From contig CAXXLZ010000001.1 of assembly GCA_963675595.2 (NCBI GenBank), forward strand, positions 1,152,001-1,216,000: 64,000 nucleotides of DNA, read 5' to 3'. Numbering within the stretch: position 1 is the stretch's first letter; every line of letters starts with the position of its first letter. Shown here one piece after another: positions 10,485 through 20,554 of this stretch. This stretch comes from Thermodesulfobacteriota bacterium. Its GTDB lineage: Bacteria; Desulfobacterota; Desulfarculia; JACQYL01. The notes under the pieces are model-generated. The model had not been told where the DNA came from. It saw nothing but the letters and a program-made list of their open reading frames with translations, and made no database searches. The position numbers and the translations under genes are program-made.

Positions 10485-12251
10485 ATGCCTTTCTCAAATC
10501 GCCTTCTGAAAAACCTTTCCCCTCTCAAACGCTATTTCCTTGAGAACCGGAAGAGGATTGTAATCGGTCTTTTCTGCCTACTGGCAGTAGATATTCTGCA
10601 ACTCTTTATTCCCAGAATCATCAAGCGGGCTGTGGACGGCCTGACTCTCGGTACGATCGAAGCCGGCGATTTGCTTGCCTATGCTCTCGTCGTTGTCGCC
10701 ATCGCCCTGGTCGTGGGGCTGTTTCGCTATATATGGCGCCGACTTCTCTTCGGCCACTCCCGGATCGTGGAAAGAGACCTGCGCCGGCGGCTTTACGCCC
10801 ACATGCAAAGTCTCTCCATGGGATATTACCAGCAAGCCCGAACGGGTGAGCTCATGGCGCACGCCATAAACGACATGGATGCCGTGCGCTTCGCTGTCGG
10901 AATGGGCGTAGTGGCCCTTAACGACGGAGTGATTCTTGGGCTCGCCACGATAGGGTTCATGTTCTACATCAATGCGAAACTTACGCTCATCTCTTTGATC
11001 CCAATGCCTTTCATCGTGCTGGCCAGCAGGATACTCACCCGCAAAATGCATAGTCATTTTCAAAAAGTGCAACAGATATTCGGAGAGCTTACCGAACAGG
11101 CGCGGGAAGCCTTTTCAGGCATCAGGATGGTACAGGCCTATGGGCTGGAAGCCTGGCAAAAACGTAGGATGACCGATTTGGGCGAGCGTTATGTCCACGA
11201 GAACGTCCAATTGGGACGAGTCATGGCCCTGTTTTCTCCCATGATGCTGCTTTTGACGAATTTGAGCCTCACCATTGTCCTATGGTGGGGGGGAGGCATG
11301 ACCATTCTCGGGGATACGAGCACCGGGGATTTCGTGGCTTTTATCAGCTACCTGAATCTCCTCACGTGGCCGATGATGGCCTTGGGTTGGGTTACCAATC
11401 TGGTCCAACGAGGATCGGTTTCCATGGCCAGGATCAACCGGATTCTGAAAGAGTCGCCGGACGTTGCCGACTCGCCGGATGCGGTGAGCCTGGAAAGAGT
11501 TCGGGGGGCATTTCGACTGGCGGAGGTGGCCCTCAAGTATCCCCATGAAGGTCGCTGGGTTCTGAAAGGGCTTTCCATCGCGCTTGAACCGGGTGAGACA
11601 ACGGCCTTGGTAGGACGGACGGGCTGCGGAAAAACCACATTTGTCCGCCTGCTTACTCGTTTGCTCGATCCCACGGACGGAGTCGTTATGCTGGATGGAA
11701 CACCGATCCGCGAGTTGCGTCTGGCGTCCCTCAGGGCCTCCGTGGGAACCGTACCCCAGGAGCCCGGTTTGTTCTCCGATTCGCTGTTCAACAATCTCGT
11801 AATGGGAAGAGAGGCGGAAGCCGTCGAGGAGCGTGCTTTCGAATGCCTGCGGGTCGCGGAACTGGAAGAGGAAACGAAATCTTTCCCGCAGGGAATTCAC
11901 ACCTTGGTGGGAGAGCGAGGGATCACTCTGTCGGGCGGACAGCGGCAGAGACTGGCTCTGGCACGCGCGCTCTTCTCGGATCCGCCCATCCTCATCGTAG
12001 ACAACGGACTCTCCATGGTCGACGCGGGAACGGAACAGCGCATTTTAGACAACCTGTTCCAAACGAGGAAGGGAAGAACCAATCTGCTGATCTCCCATCG
12101 GGTGGCCACGATACGTCGTGCTCACCGGATATTGGTGCTCGAAGGGGGACGTATTCGGGAACGGGGTACTCACGAAGAGTTGATGGCCGGCGGTGGAATT
12201 TATCCCCGCATCTATGAAGAGGCGTTGCTGGCGGAAAGGCTCGAAGGCTGA
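10485..12251 (+). CDS. ABC exporter ATP-binding/permease subunit (MdlA-like)
   Basis: TM domain; Walker A GRTGCGKT; LSGGQRQR; degenerate Walker B IVDNGLS. Confidence 0.92.
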   Translation: MPFSNRLLKNLSPLKRYFLENRKRIVIGLFCLLAVDILQLFIPRIIKRAVDGLTLGTIEAGDLLAYALVVVAIALVVGLFRYIWRRLLFGHSRIVERDLRRRLYAHMQSLSMGYYQQARTGELMAHAINDMDAVRFAVGMGVVALNDGVILGLATIGFMFYINAKLTLISLIPMPFIVLASRILTRKMHSHFQKVQQIFGELTEQAREAFSGIRMVQAYGLEAWQKRRMTDLGERYVHENVQLGRVMALFSPMMLLLTNLSLTIVLWWGGGMTILGDTSTGDFVAFISYLNLLTWPMMALGWVTNLVQRGSVSMARINRILKESPDVADSPDAVSLERVRGAFRLAEVALKYPHEGRWVLKGLSIALEPGETTALVGRTGCGKTTFVRLLTRLLDPTDGVVMLDGTPIRELRLASLRASVGTVPQEPGLFSDSLFNNLVMGREAEAVEERAFECLRVAELEEETKSFPQGIHTLVGERGITLSGGQRQRLALARALFSDPPILIVDNGLSMVDAGTEQRILDNLFQTRKGRTNLLISHRVATIRRAHRILVLEGGRIRERGTHEELMAGGGIYPRIYEEALLAERLEG

Positions 12252-12255
12252 CCAG

Positions 12256-14349
12256 GTGCATACGGGTTACGGATATTCCGAAGAGGCGGATCGGGGCAAA
12301 CTCCGAAACTTGTTCCTGTTGCGCAGGTTGGCGCCTTACGTATTGCCCTATGGAAGGATGGTCGTAGCGATCCTGCTCCTGACACTGCTGGGCACGGGAT
12401 TCGAGTTGGTCCCTCCCTATCTCACCAAAGTCGCCATCGACCGTTATATCCTGCCGACCTTCCATCGTGTCTCCTTGGACAAAAGGTCCCTCGTGGAATC
12501 TCCGGAGCTTCTTCATCATTACGAGGCGTTGCTGAAGGACCGACGCTATCTTTCCAACCAGGAGATAAGGAAGATCGATCCCGCCCACCTCAGGCTCCTC
12601 AAACAGGCCGGTGTGATCGGGGAAGAGCGCTATTATCGATGCCGGGACAGCGAGATGACGGAAGCTCTTGCAGCCCGTTTTCCGGGAAAGTTCGACCCGG
12701 TGGGCGGATATTCCTACATAGATTATGGGAGTTTCGACGAGCTGCCGGCGTCCGAAATCAGGGACCTGAGAAAAGACGATTTCCGGGGCGTGAGTATCGT
12801 GGCATTGCTTTTCCTCACCGCCCTCGGGTTTTCCTTCCTGTCTCACTACGGTTCCATCTACGCATTGGAATGGACTTCCCACAATATCATGCAGGACATG
12901 CGCGTTGAACTTTTTGCTCACCTGACCCGGCAGGGCGTGCCTTTTTTCGATCGCAACCAGGTGGGAAGATTGGTGACGCGCGCCACCAATGATGTGCAGA
13001 ATCTCAACGAACTGTTCAAATCCGTTATTCTCGCCGTCTTCAAAGACGTCTTCGTCATAGCGGGGGTCGTCTTCGTCCTGTATCGATTGAACTCCTCCCT
13101 CGCCATGGTCTGTTTCACCTTGATCCCTTTTATCCTGATCCTGACCCTGCTTTTTGCATGGCTGGCCCGCGAGGCTTTCCGGGAAATCCGCGTGCAGGTG
13201 GCCAAGCTGAACGGATTTTTCCAAGAGAGTTTCGCCAACATGACCGTGATCCAGCTCTTTGTGCGGGAACTTCATCGCCTGTCTTTGTTCGAAAACGTGA
13301 ACCAAGACAACTTTCGAGCGGGGATGAGGCAGATTACGATATTTGCCGTTTTCCTTCCGGCCATAGAGCTTTTGGCGGCTCTGGCGGTGGCCCTCGTAAT
13401 CTGGTACGGGGGAGGGGAGGTGGTGAGGGAACGGATTTCCTTGGGGGTTCTAGTGGCCTTTATCGGATATGTCCAGTTGTTCTTCAGACCTATTCGAGAG
13501 ATTTCCGAGAAGTTCAATATCATGCAGTCGGCTTTGGCCAGCACGGAGAGAATCTTTCAGCTCCTGGACCATGACGAAAGTCCCCGGCGGAGAGGGAAGG
13601 AACACGGACCCGACCGACTACGCGGCCATGTGGTTTTCCGGGAGGTGCACTTCGCCTATCGTGAGGGTGAGCCCGTGTTGGAGGACATCAATTTCGAGGC
13701 GCTGCCCGGTGAGACGGTGGCTCTGGTAGGTGCCACCGGAGCGGGGAAGACAACTCTCATTCATTTGCTGGAGAGGTTTTACGAGCCTTCTCGGGGAAAT
13801 ATTCTCATCGACGATGTGGACCTGCGGGACTGGGATCTAGAGCGTCTGCGGAGATCCATCGGGCTCGTGATGCAGGATACGGTACTCTTTTCGGGTAGCG
13901 TGCTGGACAACATGCGCATGGACAGGGAAGAGCTGTCCACGGACGAGGTACGCGATTTGATGCGGCGGATTCAAGCGGACGACCTGTTCGCGGCACTGCC
14001 GGGAGGGTATGATCACGAGGTGGGGGAGGGGGGAGCCGTCCTCTCCGTGGGAGAAAGGCAACTGATCGCGTTTGCCAGGGTCTTGGTCCATGACCCCGAA
14101 ATCCTGATCTTGGACGAGGCCACCGCCCATGTGGATCCCCAAACGGAGCGCGTCATCCAAGAGGCCATGAGCCGTCTCATCAAAGGGCGCACCACCTTCG
14201 TCATTGCCCATCGCCTATCCACCATACGCCATGCCGACCGGATTCTGGTGATGAGGAAAGGTCGGATCGTGGAGTCCGGCAAGCACGACGAGCTCATGGC
14301 GTTCGGCGGCCTTTACTATGACCTCAACCGATATCGGGAAGCCCAGTGA
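12256..14349 (+). CDS. ABC exporter ATP-binding/permease subunit (MdlB-like)
   Basis: GATGAGKT, LSVGERQ, ILDEATA, IAHRLST; GTG start just after the partner's stop. Confidence 0.92.
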   Translation: MHTGYGYSEEADRGKLRNLFLLRRLAPYVLPYGRMVVAILLLTLLGTGFELVPPYLTKVAIDRYILPTFHRVSLDKRSLVESPELLHHYEALLKDRRYLSNQEIRKIDPAHLRLLKQAGVIGEERYYRCRDSEMTEALAARFPGKFDPVGGYSYIDYGSFDELPASEIRDLRKDDFRGVSIVALLFLTALGFSFLSHYGSIYALEWTSHNIMQDMRVELFAHLTRQGVPFFDRNQVGRLVTRATNDVQNLNELFKSVILAVFKDVFVIAGVVFVLYRLNSSLAMVCFTLIPFILILTLLFAWLAREAFREIRVQVAKLNGFFQESFANMTVIQLFVRELHRLSLFENVNQDNFRAGMRQITIFAVFLPAIELLAALAVALVIWYGGGEVVRERISLGVLVAFIGYVQLFFRPIREISEKFNIMQSALASTERIFQLLDHDESPRRRGKEHGPDRLRGHVVFREVHFAYREGEPVLEDINFEALPGETVALVGATGAGKTTLIHLLERFYEPSRGNILIDDVDLRDWDLERLRRSIGLVMQDTVLFSGSVLDNMRMDREELSTDEVRDLMRRIQADDLFAALPGGYDHEVGEGGAVLSVGERQLIAFARVLVHDPEILILDEATAHVDPQTERVIQEAMSRLIKGRTTFVIAHRLSTIRHADRILVMRKGRIVESGKHDELMAFGGLYYDLNRYREAQ

Positions 14350-15374
14350 TCGATTCCGACTTTCGCGCTTTTCTCCTTCGTCGATTTCCTCTTCCTTTCG
14401 GGATCGCCCCCTTGAAAGGCGACGGATCGGACCGGGCTTTTTACAGAGTCCTGAGCCGAGGAGGATCCAGGGTGGCGCTGGACCACTCGGTGAACCTCCG
14501 CGAAGCGGCCTCCTACCATCACATCGGTACCCATCTATTGCGTTGCGGGATTCCGGTTCCCGAAATTGCGGCTTTCGAAGATGATCGTTTCTTCATTCTG
14601 GAAGACCTGGGAGACGAGGATCTGTATCGATACCGGCACAAGTCCGCCGAGATCGAAGGAGACGTTATGGACCTCTATAGGGAGGCCCTTGACGTTCTTG
14701 TCGGGCTTCGGCTCCGGGCGACGAAGTCTTTTCGGAGTGAATGGTGCCTGGAAGAATCGGTGTATACGGGTGACTTTGCATATCGCAGGGAGAGCTGCTA
14801 TTTTCTGGACTGTTTTGTCGGAGAGTATATGGGGCTTCGGGTTTCCGGAGACACTCGCAAAGAACTGAAAGATATTGCGTCGAGGATCGATGCCGTCCCA
14901 ACGGACACCTTGATCCATCGAGACTACCAGTCCAGGAACCTGATGGTTCGAGGCGACCGTTGTTTCGTCATCGACTTTCAGGGAGCGAGGTTCGGCCCCG
15001 GCCTGTATGATGCGGCGTCTCTGCTGTATGATCCTTACGTACGGCTCCCTCGTTCCGTGAGGGAAACCCTGCTGGATTATCATTTGGCCGCATTGTGCGG
15101 GCCGAAGTCCGAGAGGGTTTTTCCCCTTAGAACCGAATTCCATTTGCTGGCCTTTCACCGTCTTATGCAGGCGCTGGGCGCGTTTGCATTCCTGGGGCTG
15201 CGGAAAGGAAAGCAAGGGTTCTTGGAGCATGTGCCGGCCGCGTTGGTTCATCTTGCAGAAGTCTGGCATGATATAGGAATCCGAGGGTATCCCGGGGTGG
15301 ATCACTTGATCCGGGAGCTGGGGGACGATGGTGTGGTCGGGTCGAAAGGCGGAGTTGAACCGTCGATTCGATGA
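14346..15374 (+). CDS. Aminoglycoside phosphotransferase family kinase (AmgK-like)
   Basis: GDGSDRAFYR, LEDLGD, HRDYQSRNLM, IDFQGARFGP.LYD.ASLL.DPY. Confidence 0.85.
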   Translation: MIDSDFRAFLLRRFPLPFGIAPLKGDGSDRAFYRVLSRGGSRVALDHSVNLREAASYHHIGTHLLRCGIPVPEIAAFEDDRFFILEDLGDEDLYRYRHKSAEIEGDVMDLYREALDVLVGLRLRATKSFRSEWCLEESVYTGDFAYRRESCYFLDCFVGEYMGLRVSGDTRKELKDIASRIDAVPTDTLIHRDYQSRNLMVRGDRCFVIDFQGARFGPGLYDAASLLYDPYVRLPRSVRETLLDYHLAALCGPKSERVFPLRTEFHLLAFHRLMQALGAFAFLGLRKGKQGFLEHVPAALVHLAEVWHDIGIRGYPGVDHLIRELGDDGVVGSKGGVEPSIR

Positions 15375-15485
15375 GCTTTTTCGCATGGGGTTTGTGCTCC
15401 GATCGGGATAAACTACTCGATAGCACTGAAAAATGTTGACCTCTTGGGCTTTTCGGCTATGATTAGGACTTTTGTGAGGCGGATC

Positions 15486-16052
15486 ATGGCAGCCGACGCA
15501 ACGGAAGAAATCATCCTCTCGGCGGAAGACATTGAAAACCTGGTTACGGACTTGGCTCTGCGGATCAAGGACGTCTACGGGGAGATGGATAGTTTTGTAC
15601 TGGTGGGCATTCGGACCGGCGGTGCCTTCCTGGCCCAGCGTTTGCGGGAAAAACTCGAGAGCCTGATTTCGAGAACGGTTCCCACGGGAATCATCGACAT
15701 TACCATGTACCGGGACGATTGGACCCGGATCGGCAATGCTCCCATCGTGGGAAAGACGGAACTCTTTTTTCCTCTGAACGACGCGGATATCCTGTTGGTG
15801 GACGATGTGATCTTCACCGGTCGAACCATCCGAGCCGCCATGGAGGCGCTGATCGATTTCGGTCGACCTCGGAGCATACAGGTGGCGGTCCTGGTGGACC
15901 GTGGCGGAAGAGAGCTCCCCATTACCGCCAATTTCGTGGGAATTCACCGGCAAGCGCTGCCGGGCGAATCCATAAACGTATATCTCAAAGAAAAAGGTGG
16001 CGTGGACCGCGCCGTGTTGGCTAAAAGGAAGAAGGAAGATCCGGATGGGTGA
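15486..16052 (+). CDS. pyrR: Bifunctional pyr operon regulator / uracil phosphoribosyltransferase
   Basis: GIRTGG, IDITMYRDD, LVDDVIFTGRTIRAA, LVDRGGRELPI. Confidence 0.95.
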   Translation: MAADATEEIILSAEDIENLVTDLALRIKDVYGEMDSFVLVGIRTGGAFLAQRLREKLESLISRTVPTGIIDITMYRDDWTRIGNAPIVGKTELFFPLNDADILLVDDVIFTGRTIRAAMEALIDFGRPRSIQVAVLVDRGGRELPITANFVGIHRQALPGESINVYLKEKGGVDRAVLAKRKKEDPDG

Positions 16053-16305
16053 AGGCGCCTGTTCGGAATAATTGGATCGGCGGTGTCTCGCCGGGTCGTT
16101 TTGAGGCCTGAGAGCGTTGCCTGAATCCGTCGATTTCGGGGCTTTACTTCCGGAAAGTCGGAGCCCTGAATTCGATGAACACGGGAAGAGGATCGGAGGC
16201 GGGTTCGGATTCTCTATCTTTGTGAAAATTGGAACCCGCATTCCCGGACAAACCGACCGGAAATCAAGTCCAAAGGACCGACAACTCTATTCGGGAGAAC
16301 AGCTC

Positions 16306-16743
16306 ATGAGCGAACCTCAGTGGCAACCCAGGATCGTTGCCTTCCTCTGCAATTGGTGCAGTTACGGGGCCGCTGACCTGGCAGGAATCGGTCGCATGCA
16401 ATATCCGTCGGAACTGCGGGTCATTCGCGTACCGTGCTCCGGCAGGATAAGCCCCAAGTTCATCCTCAGCGCCTTCCGTCGAGGAGCCGACGGAATCTGG
16501 GTCTCCGGTTGACACCCCGGCGACTGTCACTATATCGAAGGCAATTTCTATGCGCGCAGGAAATTCGCCCTGCTCAAGAATTTGCTGGAGTATATTGGCA
16601 TCGAGCCCGGGAGGCTCCATTTTTCCTGGATATCTTCTGCGGAATCCACCAAGTTTCAAAAGGTCGCCACGGAGGTCAGCGAGGCCGTGCGCGCTCTAGG
16701 GCCGGCCGACAGGTTGATCAAAGAGCTGGCCGAGGTGGCATAA
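16306..16743 (+). CDS. flxD: MvhD/FlxD iron-sulfur subunit; probable selenoprotein (TGA at 16510-16512)
   Basis: [55 protein letters not shown]; frame continues to TAA 16741-16743, abutting the next ATG. Confidence 0.92.
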
Positions 16744-17694
16744 ATGATCGAGTATACGGATAAAATAAGAGAAATCGCAAAGCGGTTGCTCGAGTCCGGG
16801 CAGGTGGACATGTTCATCGGTTTCCGCAAGGGCACGGTTCCCATGATGAACGAACCTATCATGATCAGGAAGCCCGAAGACGCGGACTTGCTGCATTGGG
16901 ACTCGAACTGCGGCATTAACTTGGCCAACTATCTTCCCAAAAGGACGGAGCGCATCGGAATTGTAGCCAAAGGGTGCGACTCCAGGAACATCGTCAACCA
17001 CGTGGTGGAAAACCAGATCACCAGAGAGCAGCTGGTAATCGTGGGAATTCCCTGTACCGGAATGATCGATCGGCGGAAGATCGCCGATTCGGCGGGCGGC
17101 CGAGAAGTTGTCGAGGTTGCTGAAAAGGGTGACGAAATCACGGCTTCAGGAAAAGACTTCAAGGAGTCTTTCAAGAAGAAAGATGTGCTCCAGGACAATT
17201 GCGCTATTTGCATCCATCGCAATCCGGTGATCTACGACGAGCTGGTAGCCCCGGAGGTGGAAGAGCAAAAGGACGTGGATCGCTACGAGGACATTCGAGC
17301 GGTGGAGGCCATGACGGCCGACCAGAAGTGGGCGCATTTCCAGGAGCTCATTAGCCCCTGCATTCGGTGCTACGCCTGCCGCAACGCCTGTCCCTTGTGT
17401 TACTGTCCCGTTTGTTTCGTCGACGAAAGCAGGCCCCAGTGGGTGGGCAAAAGCATCGACAAAACCGACACGCTGACTTTTCATTTCCTTCGGGCCTATC
17501 ATTGCGCGGGGAGATGCACTGACTGCGGCGCCTGTGAGCGGGCCTGCCCGGTGGGAATCAAGGTGAGGCAGTTCACCAAGAAACTCGAGAAGGACGTCAA
17601 GGAGCTGTACGACTGGGAAACCGGCCTGACATTGGAAGAGAGGCCTCCCCTGGACCGCTACCGTCCCGATGATCCGGATGAATTCGTCAAATGA
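16744..17694 (+). CDS. flxC: FlxC-like 4Fe-4S protein (FrhB/FdhB-like)
   Basis: KGCDSR, CIRCYACRNACPLCYC..C, HCAGRCTDCGACERACP; operon context. Confidence 0.85.
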   Translation: MIEYTDKIREIAKRLLESGQVDMFIGFRKGTVPMMNEPIMIRKPEDADLLHWDSNCGINLANYLPKRTERIGIVAKGCDSRNIVNHVVENQITREQLVIVGIPCTGMIDRRKIADSAGGREVVEVAEKGDEITASGKDFKESFKKKDVLQDNCAICIHRNPVIYDELVAPEVEEQKDVDRYEDIRAVEAMTADQKWAHFQELISPCIRCYACRNACPLCYCPVCFVDESRPQWVGKSIDKTDTLTFHFLRAYHCAGRCTDCGACERACPVGIKVRQFTKKLEKDVKELYDWETGLTLEERPPLDRYRPDDPDEFVK

Positions 17695-17710
17695 TTTTAA
17701 GGGATTGATC

Positions 17711-18769
17711 ATGAAATCGATCGTCGTTTCCAAAGATCGTTTCCGATCGGTGCTCGATGCTTTTTCACGGGACTATGAGGTGTTGGTTCCCGTGAAGGAG
17801 GAGGAGTACTTCGCGTTCAAGAAGTTGGAGGAAGGAGTCGATCCCGACTTCAAGTTTCAAAACACGCGTCTCTCCCCCAAGCAGCTGATGCAGCCCCAAT
17901 CGGAAAAGATGTTTGCCTATACGCTGGAGCCTGAGGCGGAAGACGCCGGAATCCTCAGTGAGATTCCCGGAGAGGTACCGGAAAGGCTCGTCGTGGGCAT
18001 CAGACCTTGCGATGCCCTGGCTGTGCAATTGGTGAAAAAGAACTTCGAAACTCCTGAATACCAGGATCCTTTTTGGCTGCAACGGTACGAGAAGACTCTT
18101 TTCGTGGGTTTCGCCTGTAACGACCCGTGCGCAACCTGTTTCTGCACGAGCGTGGGCTGCGGCCCCTTCCACGAAGCCGGTCTGGACGTGCTCATGGTCG
18201 ATCTGGGGGACCGCTTTCTCCTGAAGTCGTTAACCGACAAAGGGAAGGGCTTGGTCGAGAAGGCCGGAGGCGAAGCCGCCAAAGACAAGGATGAAAAGGC
18301 CCTGAACAAAGCCCGGGAAGAGGCGGAGAAGAAGATCACCTGCACCGTTCCCACGGACAAGCTGGCCGACCAGCGGCTGAACGATTTGTTTGATGCCGAT
18401 TTCTGGGAAGAAGTGGCTTTCGCCTGCATCAACTGCGGGACCTGTACGTTTTTGTGTCCCACCTGCTGGTGTTTCGACATCCAGGACGAAGTGAGCCGAA
18501 ACAACGGAATCAGACTTCGAAATTGGGATTCCTGTATGTTTCCTTTGTTCACCCTTCACGGATCCGGTCACAATCCCAGGGATCACAAATCTCAAAGAGT
18601 CCGTCAGCGTTTCATGCACAAGCTCAAGTACTACATCGACAAGTACGGCGGCGGGCCGGCATGCGTGGGTTGTGGACGTTGCGTCCAATTCTGCCCCGTG
18701 AACATCGACATCCGCCGGGTGTTTGAGAAGATGAACTCCTGGGCGTCTCCGGAACGCAAGTCGGCCTGA
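17711..18769 (+). CDS. flxB: FlxB-like 4Fe-4S dicluster protein (AsrA-like)
   Basis: GIRPCD, CFCTSVG, CINCGTCTFLCPTCWCF, RNWDSC, CVGCGRCVQFCP. Confidence 0.87.
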   Translation: MKSIVVSKDRFRSVLDAFSRDYEVLVPVKEEEYFAFKKLEEGVDPDFKFQNTRLSPKQLMQPQSEKMFAYTLEPEAEDAGILSEIPGEVPERLVVGIRPCDALAVQLVKKNFETPEYQDPFWLQRYEKTLFVGFACNDPCATCFCTSVGCGPFHEAGLDVLMVDLGDRFLLKSLTDKGKGLVEKAGGEAAKDKDEKALNKAREEAEKKITCTVPTDKLADQRLNDLFDADFWEEVAFACINCGTCTFLCPTCWCFDIQDEVSRNNGIRLRNWDSCMFPLFTLHGSGHNPRDHKSQRVRQRFMHKLKYYIDKYGGGPACVGCGRCVQFCPVNIDIRRVFEKMNSWASPERKSA

Positions 18770-18786
18770 CAGAAAGGGGTACTGCA

Positions 18787-19629
18787 TTGAAGAATCCGTA
18801 CTTACCCTATCCGGTCCGTATTATCGATATCATTACCGAAACGGAAGACAAGAACCTTAAGACCTTCAAATTCGAGTTCCTGCGCCCTGAAGACGAGGCC
18901 GCTTTCCAATATACACCGGGCCAGTTCGCCGAGCTTTCGGTAGCCGGCAAGGGCGAGATCCCCATCGGCATCGCCTCTTCCCCCACGGAAAAAGGTTTTG
19001 TGATGTTTACCGTGAACAAGGTGGGATTGGTAACGACCTTCCTTCACGATATGGCCGTAGGGGACATCATGGGAATCCGGGGACCTTTGGGGAACTGGTA
19101 TCCTTGGGAGCGCATGGAGGGAAAGAACGTGGTGATCGTCGGTGGTGGATTCGCCTTTACCACGTTGCGATCAAGCATCGTCTATATGTTGGACCCGGCA
19201 AACCGGAGCAAGTATGGCGATATCCACGTGATCTACGGCGCCCGGTCTCCGGGGATGCTGTTGTACAGGGAAGAGCTGGCGGCTTGGGAGCAACGGGACG
19301 ACATTCACATGCACATCACCGTGGACCGGACCGACGACCCGGACTGGAAATACAACGTGGGGTTCGTCCCGGCCATTACGGAGCAGAAGGCTCCGGGAGC
19401 GGACAACGCTTTGGCCCTGGTTTGCGGCCCGCCCATTATGATCAAGTTCACCCAGCCGGTGCTCAGCAAACTCGGTTTCGAAGCGAACCAGATCATCATG
19501 AGCCTGGAAATGCGCATGAAATGCGGCATTGGAATCTGCGGACGCTGCAACATCGGAGACAAACTGGTGTGCAAGGACGGTCCGGTGTTCACGTTGGAAG
19601 AACTCAACGAGATGCCCAAGGAATACTGA
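18787..19629 (+). CDS. flxA: FlxA FAD/NAD-binding 2Fe-2S oxidoreductase
   Basis: KNPYLP, PGQFAELS, RGPLGN, GGGFAF, CGPPIMIK, EMRMKCGIGICGRC..CKDGPVF. Confidence 0.9.
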   Translation: MKNPYLPYPVRIIDIITETEDKNLKTFKFEFLRPEDEAAFQYTPGQFAELSVAGKGEIPIGIASSPTEKGFVMFTVNKVGLVTTFLHDMAVGDIMGIRGPLGNWYPWERMEGKNVVIVGGGFAFTTLRSSIVYMLDPANRSKYGDIHVIYGARSPGMLLYREELAAWEQRDDIHMHITVDRTDDPDWKYNVGFVPAITEQKAPGADNALALVCGPPIMIKFTQPVLSKLGFEANQIIMSLEMRMKCGIGICGRCNIGDKLVCKDGPVFTLEELNEMPKEY

Positions 19630-19661
19630 CCGCCGCGACGAAATACAGAGGCATGGGCGAT

Positions 19662-20204
19662 ATGGGAGAGATCAAGAGCACGCTTGATTTGGTGCTTGAG
19701 AAGACCAAACACCTCCGCCCGGATGAAGGGGAACTACGCCGGCTTCGTCTCGAAGAGGCAAAAAGTAAGGCAAGGGGACTGACCCGAAAATATCTGGACG
19801 GTCAAGTCCCCTTCCATCGTTTTCGCGAAGAGCTGTCCGGGCTGGGAGATGCGGGAATTCGGGAGGGGGTGGACCGTGTTCTGGAAACCGTGGGACCCGA
19901 CTCGATGCCCCCCGACCTGTTGGATGACCTGCTTTCCTGGACGAATGCCGCTGAGGAAATTCACGAGATTCGCCGCTTGTTCGACCAATACGGCGAGGAT
20001 CGTATCGCCGCGAAAGAGCATTTCGGCGGGCGGATTCTCAGAAGCCTCCAGGCTGAGCGTATTTCCGGTACTGCGGTGATCCCCAATGTAGATGCGGACC
20101 CGGAGTACGAATTAAGACTCGAAGAGTTGCACCAACGGCTCTCGGATCGCCTGCGGGCCTCCAAAGAAGCGCTCCGAAAGTCCCTCCTGCTTGCCCGCTC
20201 CTGA
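19662..20204 (+). CDS. Conserved hypothetical helical protein
   Basis: MGEIKSTLDLVLEKTK N-terminus and ISGTAVIPN motif, both recalled as typical of a Desulfobacterota family. Confidence 0.7.
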   Translation: MGEIKSTLDLVLEKTKHLRPDEGELRRLRLEEAKSKARGLTRKYLDGQVPFHRFREELSGLGDAGIREGVDRVLETVGPDSMPPDLLDDLLSWTNAAEEIHEIRRLFDQYGEDRIAAKEHFGGRILRSLQAERISGTAVIPNVDADPEYELRLEELHQRLSDRLRASKEALRKSLLLARS

Positions 20205-20323
20205 ACCTTGTCGCTCCAAGTCGGCGGTGAAGTTCTCATCAGAAAAAACAACCCCGCCGGAGACTCCTTCTTTACGTCGCTACGAGTCTCGACGGGGCCG
20301 AAGTCTCTTCGGAGACCGCTATA

Positions 20324-20527
20324 CTATCCTTCCAGATCCTTAAGGGCGACCCTCAGGCAATCCGTTACCTGGTCGTTGAGCTGGACGATCTTACGAATCT
20401 GTTCCGCCGCGGCTTTCTTTCCCGCTTCCTCGAGTTGCTCGGCGAAAAGTTCGTATTCCTCTCCATGGTGATCATTGTGGGTCATCCAGTGGCTGATGCG
20501 AATTTTGGCTTTTTCCAGAGTGTCCAC
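20324..20527 (-). CDS. Small His-containing helical hypothetical protein
   Basis: GAGGAGG RBS; HWMTHNDHHGEEY motif. Confidence 0.75.
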   Translation of the reverse strand: MDTLEKAKIRISHWMTHNDHHGEEYELFAEQLEEAGKKAAAEQIRKIVQLNDQVTDCLRVALKDLEG

Positions 20528-20554
20528 GGTGTCCTCCTCAAAAGGTGAGAAGTT

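Noticed and set aside
16306-16743. mvhD/flxD as a pseudogene
   Set aside because: The only interruption is TGA at a conserved Cys within an otherwise intact operon, which fits selenocysteine.
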